Source: Mustelus asterias (lineage: Eukaryota). Taken from it: a stretch of 64,000 nucleotides of DNA. Location: the NCBI RefSeq assembly GCF_964213995.1, contig NC_135826.1:9114001-9178000 (forward strand), read 5' to 3'. Of the stretch, positions 36,982 to 51,139 are shown piece after piece; position 1 is the first letter of the stretch; each line of letters starts with the position of its first letter. The notes beneath the pieces are model-generated. The model saw only the letters and a program-made list of their open reading frames with translations, made no database searches and had not been told where the DNA came from. The translations under genes and the position numbers were made by a program.

Positions 36982-39900
36982 ATGGCATCAACAACAGCAA
37001 ATGTTGCCAACACTACAGAGGGCCAGGAAAATGGAAGCCAACAGGTACAGCCTGTGTAGAGAGTATTAGCTTGTTTAATCAGTCAGTAAAGCTGTTTCTC
37101 TAAGTATAAGCATGTTAGCAAAATTGCAATGCTAGTTTCAGTAATACTCAATTCTTGACCTCCCCGAGGTGTATAAACTGACTGACTTCTGCCAAATTTT
37201 GATTCTATTGGTAGCCCCACAATCTTCTGCCTGATTACCCTCCCTATATTTATTTAAAAGAAATAATAAATGCAGCTGTGTAACTCACTAGCTTGTGCAT
37301 TTGTCTTTGATTGGAGGTAACTTGGGATGATTGCAAGTCAGTTGATTTTTAACTAAGGAGGTGGTGTTGCCAGTGGACTGGTAATCCAAGGAATCTTCTG
37401 GAGACCTGAGTTTGAATCTTTCCATAGTAAAATGTCTGGAGTTAAGTCTTGTCAGTTAGATTCGGAGGTTTACAGCATGGAAACAGGCCCTTCAGCCCAA
37501 CTTGTCCATGCTGTCTTTTCAACTAGGCTAGTCCCAATTGCCTGCATTTGGCCCATATCTCTCTATACCCATGTGACTGTCTAAATGCTTTTTTAAAAGA
37601 CAACTTTACCCACTGCTACTACCTCTGGCAGCTTGTTGCAGACACTCACCACCCTCTGGAAAAAATTGCCCCTCTGGACCCTGTTGTATCTCTCCCCTCG
37701 CCTTAAACCTATGCCCACGAGTTTTGGTCTGCCCCACCTTTGGGGGGGGGGGAGAAGTGAGCCTTATCTATGCCCCTCGTTGTTTTATAGACCTCTAAGT
37801 CTCCTATGCTCCGGGGGGAAAAAAAGTCCCAGCCTCTCCTTGTGGCTCAAACCAAGGCCCAGTAGCATCCTAGTATATCTCGTGCAGTCTTTCTAGTTTT
37901 AATAATATCTTAATTGTTTTTTAAAACCCATCTTGTTCACTAATGTCCTTTTTTTGGGGAAGGAAATCTGCTGTTCTGGTCTACATCTGACTCCAGAGCC
38001 ACAGCAACATAATTGACTCTAAATGCCCCTGGAGATGGGCAATAAATGCTGGCCAAGCCAGTGATGTGCCGTGCCTCCCCTCCCCTCCCCTCTCATTCCA
38101 CAAATGTATTAAAAAGACTTATTTGATGTTTGCCTTGCTGTCAGAATTGAATAGTGGTGGTCCATGTTTTTGTAGAAGCCATTTTTCCAAGCAAAATCAT
38201 CTGTTTTCAAATCCTGGCTAGATTTCTGCTAAATGGTCATCATTAATGGAGGCCAAAGCTAATTTTTTTGAACAACCCTATATTTCAGAATGTGGTTGAT
38301 CGAGTGACGAGTCTGCCACTTGTGAGCTCTGCATGTGAGCAAGTATCTGCTGCATATGTGAGCACCAAGGAGAGCTCTCCTGCTGTGAAGGCCATCTGTG
38401 ATATGGCTGAGCAGGGAGTGAAGACCATCTCTGCTGTGGCTGGTGCTAAACCAATTCTCAACAAGCTGGAACCTCAAAGTAAGATGAGTCGGGGTTTTGG
38501 AAATACTAGGCTTGCTGTCCAAATATTGCAGCACAAAGTGGTACAGTGAGTGTGCAGTTGCTAATGCCTGCATTCTCTTGTAACTATTTTAGGATGTTTC
38601 TAACAAGTAAAGCTACTGGACAGTTTTGAGAAATCTAGTGTTAACTACCTGGTCATGACTGCAACCGAGTAGACTTGATGGGTCAGCTGCCTGTCAATAT
38701 TTTGTATGTTTCTGGGTACACCTTGCTTAAGTAAAGTAGACTGTTTAAAGTCACTAGTTCTTGGCTCTAGATATATCATGTGATTCATGGGCAGCACTCT
38801 TGGCCAAATTGCGAGCTAGCATGGAAGACTATTATTCCTTCCTGATCCAAGAGCAATATAATAACACCATTGATCATGTTCTACGTTCAGTTGCAGTAGC
38901 TAATGAATATGCCTGCAAAGGCTTGGATAAGTTGGAGGAGAAACTTCCAATCCTTCATCAAGCTACCGATCAGGTTAGTGCTATGATTCACCAGAGGGAA
39001 AATACTCCCCATAAGGAGCTGACAATGTTAGTCTCAATTCACTATTTTAGTATCATTCTATATTTAGATACTATTAATGTTAAATCTACCTGTGTTTATT
39101 AGCTTCTAGTCTTTTGAAGGATAGCAAGTGCCCCTGGTCCCAAGCCATCTTGGCTTCTAGTAAAAGATGGCGCCTCTACTGTAAACATAAAGGTTCTGGA
39201 ATTTTGCCTGAGATGACAAATGCTCTTTGTAATCTAAGGGAAAGTAAACTTGTTGACCTCTTGCAGGTCCTTGCTGAAACCAAGGAGCTTGTGACATCTA
39301 AGATGACTGATGTTAAAGAATCGGTGATGGGGGTTGTTGACATGACGACCACTGCAGTGCAAGGCAACCTGGAAAAAACTAAAGCTGCTGTGGGTCAACT
39401 TGTGGCTACTGGTGTGGATACCTCTTTCCTCAAATCTGAGGAGCTGGTTGATTACTACCTTCCTATGACCAAAGAAGAACTAGGTAATATAACGGTTATA
39501 TAAATGTTGTCTATTGGCTTCAGTGAGCCTAATGCCAGATTGAAAACTGATCTAATAAATATACATTTTCCAGAAACCCTTGGGGCAGCCCTTTGGGTTT
39601 TCTGCTGTCCCTTCTATTGGCTTTACAATATCCTACTAGCTGAAATTGCAGGTGGGAGAAAAGTAGTTACTGCAGCCTGAGATGTTCACTTTTCTTTCAG
39701 CTAAAGTGGCTGCTTCCACTGAAGGCTCTGCCTCTGCAGCAGCACAAGAGCAGAGTTATTATGTACGTTTGGGATCTTTATCATCTAAAGTTCGTAATCG
39801 TGCATACCAGTATTCCATCACCAAGATGCATAGAGCTAAGCAGAATGGCCAGGAGACCCTTTCTCATCTCCACAATCTTGTAAACCTGGTAAGGAAACAA

Positions 39901-41526
39901 CAGATTTCTGGATGCTGTATTGGCTGTACTCTTCAGATCAATATTGTGAAGCAATCAATTTCTGTTTCTAGTCTCCAACCCTGGATATGTTTGCTTTTAT
40001 GATTCCTGACAGCTTCCCCCGCACCCCCCCCCCCCCACCCCACTGGAAATGTTCACATCTTCGCAAAATTTACTTAGTCACTAAGCACACTTCACCCCCT
40101 AGAATACTTTTGACATTAATTCACTTTATTCTCTATATAAATTGTGCTGTTTTAGATTGAGATGGCAAAAAGAAGCACTGAATCTGCACACCTAAAACTT
40201 GAGGATGTTCGAGCAACTTTAAATCCGATCCTGTCTGAATGGAGAAAGCAGCAACCTGAGCAAGGCCGAGCAAAAGAGGAACTATCTGAAAAATCTGAAG
40301 TAAGTGCCCCAGTATACAGTCTGCCATAATGTGTCCACTTCCATCCCCCTCCATCACTCAGCATTCACTTTTTTGTGAAGAAATGATATTCCTACCTGCA
40401 ACTGCGTCTGTTGGGCACCACAGGGGTTGGGGTGCGTTATTGACCCTGACAATCACATTTTAATTTGATGTTTTTAAGTTTCCTTTCTACTTTGATTTCT
40501 GTTCGGGCTGTTTTTCTCTTCTTCTCCCCCCCCCCCCCCCCTCCTCCTTTTGGGGAGCTGCCCCTTTTTGCTTTGTCCTGACTTAATCTGAGTTTGTTTA
40601 TTTGGTTTCCTCTAAAGAGGACAATTGCCTACCTATGACCTGTTCATCCTTAACTCTTGCTATGACACTCACCCCTACCTGTGACATTTCACCCCTTGGA
40701 ATCTATCTAACTGATTGGAATTTTCTTTAGAGCACTAGAAGCAAAAAGACATCCTCAGAATTTCCTGTCTTAAATGAATGACCCCTTTGCCAGAGCTCTA
40801 AATTGCCCACAGAACATTCTCCCACATATCCAACGTTTTTTTTCTGATCGATGTTAAGTCAACTGGTCTGTACTTGTTTTGTCTCCTTTCCTGCTCAAAT
40901 TTCCTGAAATGCCTTGGGACCCATTCTGCTCCATCATAAACTAGACAAAATTCAATAGTATACCTTTGCCATCATTGATTTATTGTACCATATATTAGGC
41001 ATTAACTGACTTAAATGATCTCAGACCTTTATACCTGACTTTTCTGACAACTTCAAAATTCCTAAATTATAAATGCAAACAATTTTAGTATTTTCTGTTC
41101 CCTTCTGCTTGCCAATGGACAAATACTGGCTGAAATGGGTCTGGACTAAACTAGTTTTCTTTATTCCAGCAAATTGAATCTGAAACACTGGCTGTGACTC
41201 AGAATTTCTCTGATCAACTCCAAACCATCTGCCGAACGCTGGCTTCAAATGTTCGTGGTTTGCCTCAGAATATTGAGGATCAAGTGCAGCATGTGTGTAA
41301 ACTGGCACAAGAGATCTACAGCACTCTTTCGTCAGCCACCTCTTTCCAAGATCTCTCCACACAATTCCTGACCCAGAGTAAAGAGCAAATGCTGAAGATC
41401 CGTGAGGGACTGGATGGGGTGATGGATTACCTGCTTCACACCATCCCTCTTAACTGGCTGGTGGGACCCTTCATCCCCCAGGTCACTGAAGATCAGGAGC
41501 ATCTGGGTTCAACTGAAATGCAGTAA
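36982..41526 (+). CDS. Perilipin-family paralog C (perilipin-2/3-like), ~413 aa
   Basis: Exons 36982-37044, 38289-38478, 38891-38973, 39267-39483, 39701-39888, 40156-40299, 41170-41526, in phase with no stops. PAT domain [20 protein letters not shown] at 41670. Confidence 0.9.
37355..38070. mobile_element. SacSINE-like element split by an antisense CR1 3' fragment (~37455-37910)
   Basis: SINE head ~37355-37450 and tail ~37920-38070 flank sequence antisense to 45930-46490. Confidence 0.6.
40405..40620 (+). mobile_element. Tx1 3' fragment in last intron of copy C
   Basis: TGGGCACCACAGGGGTTGGGGTGC..AATCACATTTTAATTTGATG. Confidence 0.75.
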
Positions 41527-44500
41527 TCTGCTATTGATGTAACTTAATAGGTTGTGGAGTTTCACTGCTCATCTAAATTATTTGTTACCACTTATTGTAG
41601 AACACACTTGTATCTTGAGCCATAAATGCTGCCTTTAATTAGTGGTGACAACTTGGAATGTATTTTTGTAATAAACAATTGCATATTTAAAACCAATTCA
41701 GCACTGACTGTTATTTGCACTGGTAGCAGCCTATGTTGGCCACAAGATCTTGAAGGTTGCTTGCACTCCCAAATATTCAGTGGGTGGGGGGATTTGTCGT
41801 GTGTGTATATAACTGTTGTCCTATTTTGCTTTAGTACCATCTTTCCTACAGGATAATCAACTAATACAAACCTTGCATAACATTTTAGCTCAGTACACAA
41901 ATTTGAGGTTCACTCCCTAAATTAGTGTAAATGCTTGGCTGAAGACTTGAACATCCACATTGTAGAATTTAGATTGAGCTGGGGAGAGAATACCTTCAGG
42001 CAGTACCACTGAGTTTTGAGACACAAACTGTCATAGCACAACTAACTAGACAATAGAATTGATACAAAAACAATGTTGGAAAATCTCAACAGGTCTGTGG
42101 GGAGAGAATAGCATTCTGGTCCATTAAAGACCAAAAAGTGGACAAGGACAGATGTGGGAATGGTTCATGAATCCAGCCTTCTCCAAGGGGGGGTCAAGTG
42201 TCCTGTGTGTAACTAGCCTCAAGATTATAATTATTGCCTTGTGCATGAGTGCACAAATGTTCCTTTGCCCTCCTTGGGGAGGACTGCGTGTCTAATACTA
42301 AGTCATTAGCTTAGTCTGAGATCACTGAAGGGAGCCAAAGGTTGTCTAATTTAGCGAAGTATATTTGGGTTTTGTCCAGTTTTTTTTTAGTACTATGGGT
42401 TATTTCAGGTGCTGAGAGATGGCACTTCTGCCAGAGAGTAGTGTAGTCCTAGGCCTCATGTGTACATTCAGTGAAGCATAATTAAAAATTTTAGCAACCT
42501 ATATTTGAAGAATTTGACACTGACCCAGTAGAAAGTCTGTTTGGAAATGATCCTGCACCCTGTTCTATTTTTGCACTTAACCACAGGACTGGCACAAGTT
42601 GAGGGGGCGAAACCACATGCCAAAGATTTGTTCAGCTTGTACATGATAGCTACCAGTTGGCAGTTCTGTAAATAGAAACCTGATTCACTTAGAGCTGTAA
42701 AATTCATTTGGTAGCTGTGCTGTATGCAATCTTTGCCTTAACTGTTCATTCAAAGCACAATCTCTTTAAACAGGGATTTAAAAGTAGCAGCTGTTTCCTA
42801 CATTGGTAATTGCAGCTGATAAACATTATCTCTATCAAGAGAAATGGAGAGACAGCCCTGCTCTTGGATCTTTCATGGTTATTTAACAAGCAGGTAGTTT
42901 TGAACAACTGAGGTCAACACGTGTGCACATTACAGCAATGCACTCCCTCCTTATTCAAGTTCTGGAGTAAAGCTTTAACTTAGCTTCCTGTCACAAACAA
43001 CCCTGATGTTACAGGTATGGGTGTCCCAAATTGAAAGTTGTTTGGGGTGGTGCATAATCTTTTTGGAATATTGAGATGTGTAAAAGCCCAGTGAGGAACC
43101 AGTCCAATCATTGCATAAATTATTAAAGAATATTTATTAACTGGGAAACATGCACCACAAAAGGGATTAGATACTCAAGACACAGGTACATGAATAACAA
43201 AACACATAGTTTATGTATGTTCCAAAATATATCTACAATCCTGAACTCACTATGACTTCCCTTTCCTAGATGTCCAAATTAAATCATTCTATAGTTACCA
43301 TACAATACAGGGCCGATGATCCAAGTTGGGAAATGTCTTTTCCTCATTCAACAAAGATATTTAAAACTGCCTTCATTCAGTTTTCTGCAATATCCTGACT
43401 CTAAGATGGGGATACAACACTATAACATCTCAGAAGTAAACAATATCACAGGACCCTTTGGCTGTGAAATGGGTCCTAGTCTCCTGGCTGAGTGCCGGAC
43501 TGGCTTCTGGCTGTGAGGTGTAGACTGGCCTGTCTGCTTCTGAGGTAAGATGGAAGTTTGGTGGTGGGTGGGGGGGCCTTGGGGGGTCTACCTGTTACTG
43601 TTTCCCCTTTCGTTATTTCAAACTCAAGGGTTGGCTGTCTACAGATCTCAAATTGTTCCCTTTTGTGGAGTTAAGCATTTCTATAGCCCTGAGTGATCCA
43701 GTTTTTTAGGTAATCCTGTTTCTGCCTGGGGAACTTAACGTTTCTATAGCAGTCATCTAAGTAATCTGTTTCTACTCCTAGAGCAATTCACAACTGATCA
43801 TCTTTAGATGCTCTCATGCCTTTGGAATGCACTTTCAGAGGCTTGCCTGCCCCTGGAAATGCTGGCTGTTACTGTTGTTAGGCAGATTTATATCTTTCAG
43901 GCCTTTTTAAATTCTTGTTCCTGTTGCTAGGCAGATCCCTGGCATTCCAAACAATAATGTTACCAACTAGATTTGAGAGGAACGGATGCACAACTAAACC
44001 TTGAGACAAAGTTTGTTCAAGTAAAATTTTACACTTGAAGGCAATGAGAGAGAGAAGATTTCCGAACCAAAGAAGTTTGAGTACTGAATTAACCTTTATA
44101 TCATCACATATGTTAATGACATTAAGGCAATGATGGCATTTAGAATCACCCCAGGTCAAATGGCAACAACTCTCGAGCAGTATGGCTCTGAAAGGGTCAA
44201 TATAGTTGTTGAGGACACAAGGATTACAGTTGCCCAATGATGACTATTAAACCAAATATCCAGTGCTAGTTATTTTACAGAACTTCAATTCCCATCAGTA
44301 AATTTTAACTCAACTATAGAGGATTGAGCACATTCATCTGTTTTGTGTATTGGATCCTAATATACTAACTCTTAATCTGCTAAAATCTAAAGATTTCTCT
44401 CCCGCTCGCTCAATGCGCTGCTACCAAACCTTATTTTCAGCTAAACTGTGTGCACAATGCAGGAGTGGAATTTGAGTTTAACATCATTATAAATTTTTAT

Positions 44501-44742
44501 GACAGTATGTGCTTCTATTTGTGGGAACACAAAGATCAAACTTAAAAGCGGGTTTTTTTTAGCTATTATCTCACAATCCTAGCAGTTTTGCAAGGTAGTA
44601 GAATAAGTATTTAACTTTGCTGCCTTGGTCCAAAGTGCTGGGTGGCAGGTGAAGCAACAGTGACTATCAGATGACAACTTTTTCAATCCCTGAAGGATTT
44701 AAAAAAGCATTACGTTAGCTACATTTAAACTGCATTTAAACT

Positions 44743-45052
44743 TGGGTGGCATGGTGGCATAGTGGTTAGCACTGCTACCTCACAGCGCCAGGGACCTGGA
44801 TTCGATTCCCGGCTTAAGTCACTGTCTGTATGGAGTCTGCACGTTCTCACCATGTCTGCGTGGGTTTCCTCCGTGTGCCCCGGTTTCCTCCCACAGTCTG
44901 AAAGATGTGCTGGTTGGGTGCATTGGCCATGGTAAATTCTCCCTCAGTGTGTCCGAACAGGCACCGGAGTGTGGCGAGTTGGGGAATTTCACAGTAACTT
45001 CACTGCAGTGTTAATGTAAGCCTACCTGTGACTAATAAATAAAACTTTAAAT
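44743..45052 (+). mobile_element. V-SINE with alternative tail
   Basis: Full head plus AAATTCTCCCTCAGTG..AATAAATAAA tail. Confidence 0.8.
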
Positions 45053-45207
45053 AAACACACATTATGCGTGAATGTGTATCATCTTTGATTGTACTGTTGG
45101 ACCTGCCCATATTGTATTTTAATTTCATAGAAAACAACTGAGTTGCCTCGCAATTGTTCAGTAATGTATCTTAAAACAAGGAATTCAATGCATCAACAGG
45201 AATGAAT

Positions 45208-45530
45208 TATAGAATCATAGAATTCCTACAGTGCAGAAGGAGGCCATTCAGCCCATTAAGCCTGCACTGACAACAATCCCACCCAGGCCCTATCCCTGTA
45301 ACCCCATGTATTTACAGTGCTCATCCCCCTGACACTAATGGGCAATTTAGCATGGTCAATCAACCTAACCCACACATTTTTGGAGTGTGGAAGGAAACCG
45401 GAGCACCCAGAGGAAACCCACGCAGACATGGAGAGAATGTGCAGATCCACACAGACCCAAACCAGGAATTGAACCTGGGTCCCTGGCACTGTGAGGCAGG
45501 AGTGCTAACCACTGTGCCATCGTGCCACCC
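45208..45530 (-). mobile_element. HE1/V-SINE-like SINE (CR1-type tail)
   Basis: Full head, core and tail. Confidence 0.8.
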
Positions 45531-45532
45531 TA

Positions 45533-45685
45533 AAGTGGAACTGGTCAAGAGCCTCAAGTTTCTAGGTGTCCAGATCACTAACAACCTGTCCTGGTCCCTC
45601 CATGCCGAAGCTACAGTTAAGAAAGCCCACCAATGACTCTACTTTCTCAGGAAGCTTGTGACACTAATAAATAAACTTTAAACTG
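45533..45685 (+). mobile_element. Rex1/Babar-like LINE fragment joined to a SINE-type tail
   Basis: Translates VELVKSLKFLGVQITNNLSW..KKAHQ.LYFLRKL. Confidence 0.55.
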
Positions 45686-45929
45686 TTAACTAGCAATGTA
45701 GACAGGAGATAGGCCAATGTCACTGCTGCTTATTTTTTTATTAAACTGAGGCATACCGATCAGTGTCCTCGACTTTACTAAATACTTTAGCCATATCCTT
45801 TGACTCCCGACCCACAGTATTCAAACCAGCATCCATTAAATGGCTGCTGGTTACACCGCCTACATTTCTGGCAGAAGGGCGAGATTAGAGAACATTCGTG
45901 TAAGAAGTAACGTTGCCTTCATTAGAGCA

Positions 45930-46490
45930 TCATTCAATGTGTACAGTTCTGGTCACCCTAAATAAAGAAAGGATATTATAAACTAGAAAGAATGCACAAA
46001 AGATTTACTAGGATGCTACCTGGATTTGATGGTTTGAGTTATAAGGAGGGGCTGGATAGACTGGGACTTTTTTCTCTGGAGCGTAGAAGGCTGAGGGGTG
46101 ATCTTATAGAGATCTACAAAATAATGAGAGGCACAGATCAGCTTGAGAGTCAATATATTTTCTCAAAGGTAGGGGAGTCTAAAACTAGAGGGCATAGGTT
46201 TAAGGTGAGAGGAGGGGGGGATACAAAAGTGTCCAGAGGGGCAATTTTTTCACACAGCGGGTGGTGAGTGTCTGGAACAAGCTGCCAGAGGTAGTAGTAG
46301 AGGCAGGTACAATTTTGTCTTTTAAAAAGCATTTAGACAGTTACATGGGTAAAATGGGTATAGAGGGATATGGGCCAAATGTGGGCAATTGGGACTAGCT
46401 TAGGGGTTTAAAAAAAAAGGGCAGCATGGACATATTGGGCCGAAGGGCCTGTTTCCATGCTGTAAACCTCTATGATTCTATGACTCTAAT
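45930..46490 (+). mobile_element. CR1 3' fragment
   Basis: RFTRMLPG..LGLFSLERRRLRGDLIE; TCTATGA tail. Confidence 0.85.
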
Positions 46491-47162
46491 GCTTGCTGTG
46501 TAGCGAATAGCTAACCTAACTTTAAGGCCAGGAATCTTTTGGTACAGATTTTGTGCCAGTTCCTGTTTTGCACTTGATGGGCACACTGGGTATCACTTGG
46601 CAGAATGCTTCAAGTAAGCATGTGCCCTCTGCATAATTAAGTACATTGAACAGCTGCGCCTGCATTATTGGCAACAGTTTTAAATTGGCCTTTTACATAG
46701 GAATTTGTTGTTGAGTCCAGAACCCCTGGCCTGTCTCTGGCTTCAGGCCAAATAATTATAGCAACAAGGGCAATCTAAATTTAAACATGTCTCTAGAACT
46801 CTGCTATCAATCCAACCCACTAGATATTTCACACACTGATGCAGCATAGGGAATGGCTGTGCAGGATTCATTGTGCTCTTGCTGCTGCTAATAGTGTAGC
46901 TATCCAATTAACACCAATTTCTGCACATAGCCCTTTCTTTAAAAAATCCCTTCAACTATTAATCCAATGCTACTATTGAATTTGATTCCTCCACCTTTCA
47001 GGTAGTGGATTATCTCACTGTTTATTTTTTTTTAAGCTTGCCTCGTGTTGCCTCTTGTTCAACAATCAAAGTAAATCGGCGTTCTCTGGTTGCTGACTTT
47101 AACTGAAAACAGTTTTGCTTTGTTTACTTCATCAAAACCCTGAGGGTGGAATTTTCCAGACC

Positions 47163-47470
47163 TAAGTTTAAGTTTATTTATTAGTGTCACAAGTAGGCTT
47201 ACATTAACACTGCAATGAAGTTACTGTGAAAACCCCCTACTCACCACACTCCAGCGCCTGTATATTGAGGGAGAATTTACCATGGCCAATGCACCTAGCC
47301 AGCACATCTTTCAGACTGGGAGAAAACCAGAGCATCGGGAGGAAACCCATGCAGACACAGGGAGAACATGCAAACTCCACACAGACAGTGACCCAAGCCA
47401 GGAATCGAACCAAGGTCCCTGGCGCTGTGAGGCAGTGTTGTGAGGCAGCAGTGCTAACCATTGTGCCACA
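47163..47470 (-). mobile_element. V-SINE with alternative tail
   Basis: Antisense match to 44743-45052. Confidence 0.78.
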
Positions 47471-48434
47471 AACCCCCAGTTCTCTGGCAGTTGGGCAGAC
47501 GAGCTGTACAAAATGCCATTGACTTCAGTGAGACTGGAAGATCATGCTGGCAGCTAACGGTGAGCCGTCCCTGTCATTGGAAAACATGCTGCAAGGGCCG
47601 GGGGGGCAGAAAATACCTGGCCTCTGTGATTTTGAGTACCTCTATCAAATCTCTAAACCTCTAAACATGACTTAAGTGAAATGGATGTTTTCCAAGGAGA
47701 ACCACCCACATCCATTTCACTTAAGTCCTTCATCCCTGGTTACATTCCAGTAAATCTTTTCTGCACTCTCTTCATGGCCTCAACACTCTTCCTAATGGGA
47801 CTGGCCCAGAATTGAACCATCTGAGATTTAACCAATTTTTAAAAAATTCTTTCATGGGATGTGGGCATCACTGGCGCAGCCAGCATTTATTAAACGAGTG
47901 TCTCACAGCCATTTCAGAGGGCATTGCTGTGGGTCTGGAGTCACATGTAGGCCTGACCAGGTAAGGACAGCAGATTTCCTTCCCTAAAGGACATTATTTT
48001 AAAAAGGTTTAGCTAAATTGCAATTGTACTCTTTCTAAATTAAAGTCAAAGACTCCATGTGCTTTTTTTGAAATCTTAACTTGTCCTTTCACCTTCAAAG
48101 GTTTGTGTATGTGCATCCCTAGCTGAGTCTGTCCTTTACTGCATCCTCTTTAGAATTATCATCTTAGTTTATGTTGCCTCTCTGCATCTTTCCGCTCAAA
48201 GTGCACCACTTCACACCAATTTTCATATGTTGATGTCCTTCTTGAGTCTTACTGTCTGCTTCATCGCTTATTATACTTAGTGTGTTTTGTATCGTCTGCA
48301 CATATTTTTTAAAGATTCAGAGTTACAGATCATCACAACATGTAGTAAACATCGAAACCAACCTTCATGGAGTCTTTTATGCAGTTGCTGCCACTCCCTT
48401 TAATTAGTTGAATCTCTTTCCCTGGTTGACACTA

Positions 48435-51010
48435 GTGTGTTAGAGCCGGTTACAATGAGTGACTGGGCTACTCCCATCGTACCTGTCAAGAAACCAGATG
48501 TTTCAGTTTGTATTTGTGGTGATTTTAAAACAACCATAAATCCAGTGCTGTGTACAGATCAATATCCGCTTCCTTCAATTGGGGATTTGTTTGCTGGGTT
48601 ATCAGGTGGGCCGAAACTCAGCACGACGGATCTTTTACAAGCATACTTACAGATGAATGTAGCTGCTGAATCTCAATCATTGCTTACCAGCATTACTCAT
48701 AACGGTTTATTTCATTATAAAAGATTGTCTTTTGGAATAACATCTGCACCAGCCCTATTCCAAAGATTGATGGATCAGAATATGGATGATATTCTAACTA
48801 CAGGGTCTAGTGAACAGGAGCACTTGAGTATTAAGTTTTTAAAATTTGCTTATTAGTATCACAAGTAGTCTTACATTAACGCTGCAATGAAGTTACTGTG
48901 AAAATCCCCTAGTCGCCAAACTTTGGCGCCTGTTCGGGTACACTGAGGGATAATGTAGCATGGCCAATGCACCTAACCAGCACGTCTTTCAAACTGTGGG
49001 AGGAAACCAGAGCACCCGGAGGAAACCCACGCAGACATGGGAGAATGTGCAAACTCCTCACAGACAGTGACCCAAGCCGGGAATCAAACCCAGGTCCCTG
49101 GCATTGTAAGGCAGCAGTGCTAAACACTGTGCCACCAAGCTACCCACGGTGAATATAGAATATATAGAATATAGAATAATATTTAATATAGAAGAAACAT
49201 GAGAACATCTTCATGCACATGGTCTGCGTATCAAGAAAAAAAAGATATTTTTCCAGACTTCAGTCCAGTATTTAAGTTACATTATTGATAGTAAAGGCCT
49301 TCATAAAGCACCTAAAAAGACGGACATTATTTGAGAAGCACCACATCTGATGAATGTGGTGCAATTGAGGTCCTTTCTAGCATTAGTAAGTTATTATGGT
49401 AAGTTTGTTCCTAACTTAACTACATTATTGAAGCTCTTACATAATTTACTGTGTGTGAAACAGTCATGGGACTGGACAACAGACTGTGAAAAAGCAAACA
49501 AGGATGTCAAAGATTCTTTGCAGAAGTCTGAAGTATTGGTTCATTTTAATCTGAGGCTACCAAACTGCTTGCTTGTGCTGCTTCATCTTATGGAGTGGGG
49601 CAGTCATTTCACAAATGTGCCTTCAGGAGAAGAACAACCAATAGCTTTTGCTTTTCGTACTCTGACTAGTGCTGAATCTAACTATGCTCAGCTAGAAAAA
49701 GAAGCATTTAGTATAATTTTTGGCTTACAAAGGTTTCATCATTTATATGGTCATCATTTCACAATATTGACTAATCATTGGCCCTTAAGTACTATTTTTG
49801 GGCCATATAAAGGCATACCTTCGTTAACTGCGAGTCGATTACAAAGATGATCACTTACCTGCATATTCCTACCATACAAAGTATCACCAATCAGAGTGTC
49901 ATGCTAATACCGATACGTTATTATGCTTACCTTTACCTATTGAGCACACGCCACCAACTAGTTTTGCTAATATTCTTCATTTTTCGCTAGTAGATCATTT
50001 GCCTGTGACAGCTTCTCACATTTAGACACATTCCAGCAATGATTCCATGATGGAGAAGGTGATGGATATGGTATTGAAAGGAACGATAGCTGGAACACAT
50101 CATCTGCACCCTGATTTGAAACCATGTGTGTAAGAAAGTTTGAGTTGACCATCCAAGGTGGGTGTCTATTGTGGGGAAACCGAGTGATCGTTCTTCCTAG
50201 TCTACATGGAAGAGTTCTTGAACAACTACATGAAGGACATCCTGGTATAGTCTGGATGAAGGAATTAGCACACAGTTATTTTTGGTGGCCAGGTCTGGAT
50301 GCTCAGATTGAATAGTGGGAGAGTGTCAATCCTTTCCATGTATAAGAAATACACCATCATTTCCTCCTTTACACCCTTGGAAGTGGCCTGAAATGCCATG
50401 GCAACAATTCAAGGGTTGCATATTTTTAGTCATAATTGATGCACAATCAAAGTGGCCAGGAGTTGTCATCATGAGATTTGGTAAACCAGAATAGATTGTT
50501 AGGGATATTGGTTCACAGTTTAAGTCAAAAGAGTTTGAGGATTATTTCAAAATAAATGATATGCAGCATATAAAATCTGCACCTTCTTCTCCATCAACCA
50601 ACACATTAGCTGATTCCTACAATGCTTGAAACATTATTTTAAAATGTCAAAAGAGCAAGGTCCGTGATCACACTGTGTGAATAGCTTTTTGGAATCTTGT
50701 AGAAACACTACTCATGTGACTACCCAAAGTTCACCTGCATTACTACTCTTAAAGAGAGAATTGTGAACTATGTTTCATTTGTTATTACCTCCATAAACTT
50801 CACAGATAAGTGGAGAGACAACAACAATCTCAAGTTGCTAGACGAGAAGTGAGGGCAAAGCAACATTTCAACAAAGAGATTATGTGTTGGTGGGTAATTA
50901 TGCCATGTGTGAGAAATGGGTACCAGCCATAGTTTTAGCAAAAACAGTCCAATTTCTTACACGGTTCAAACCGAAGGTAAACTAGTTTAGTGACGCTGTG
51001 CTGTCCAATT
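48435..51010 (+). mobile_element. Degenerate Gypsy pol relic (RT, RNase H, integrase) interrupted by a SINE at ~48830-49145
   Basis: WATPIVPV.K, ICGDFK, YPLP, FGITSAPALFQR, PIAFA.RTL, YAQLEKEA, LHEGHPGI, FWWPGLD; many stops. Confidence 0.8.
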
Positions 51011-51139
51011 GTTGTCCTCTTGAAATGATTTCTCAGAATCATTTCCAGGAGTGCCGACATCTTAGTCCCTAGTGTTGTGAATGCTATTCAGAAGACTCAG
51101 CTGAATCTGAGTTGCCTGATGATTGAGTCATTGAGAATT

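Noticed and set aside
44743-44815. tRNA-like A/B boxes here and at similar sites
   Set aside because: SINE heads; no complete cloverleaf.
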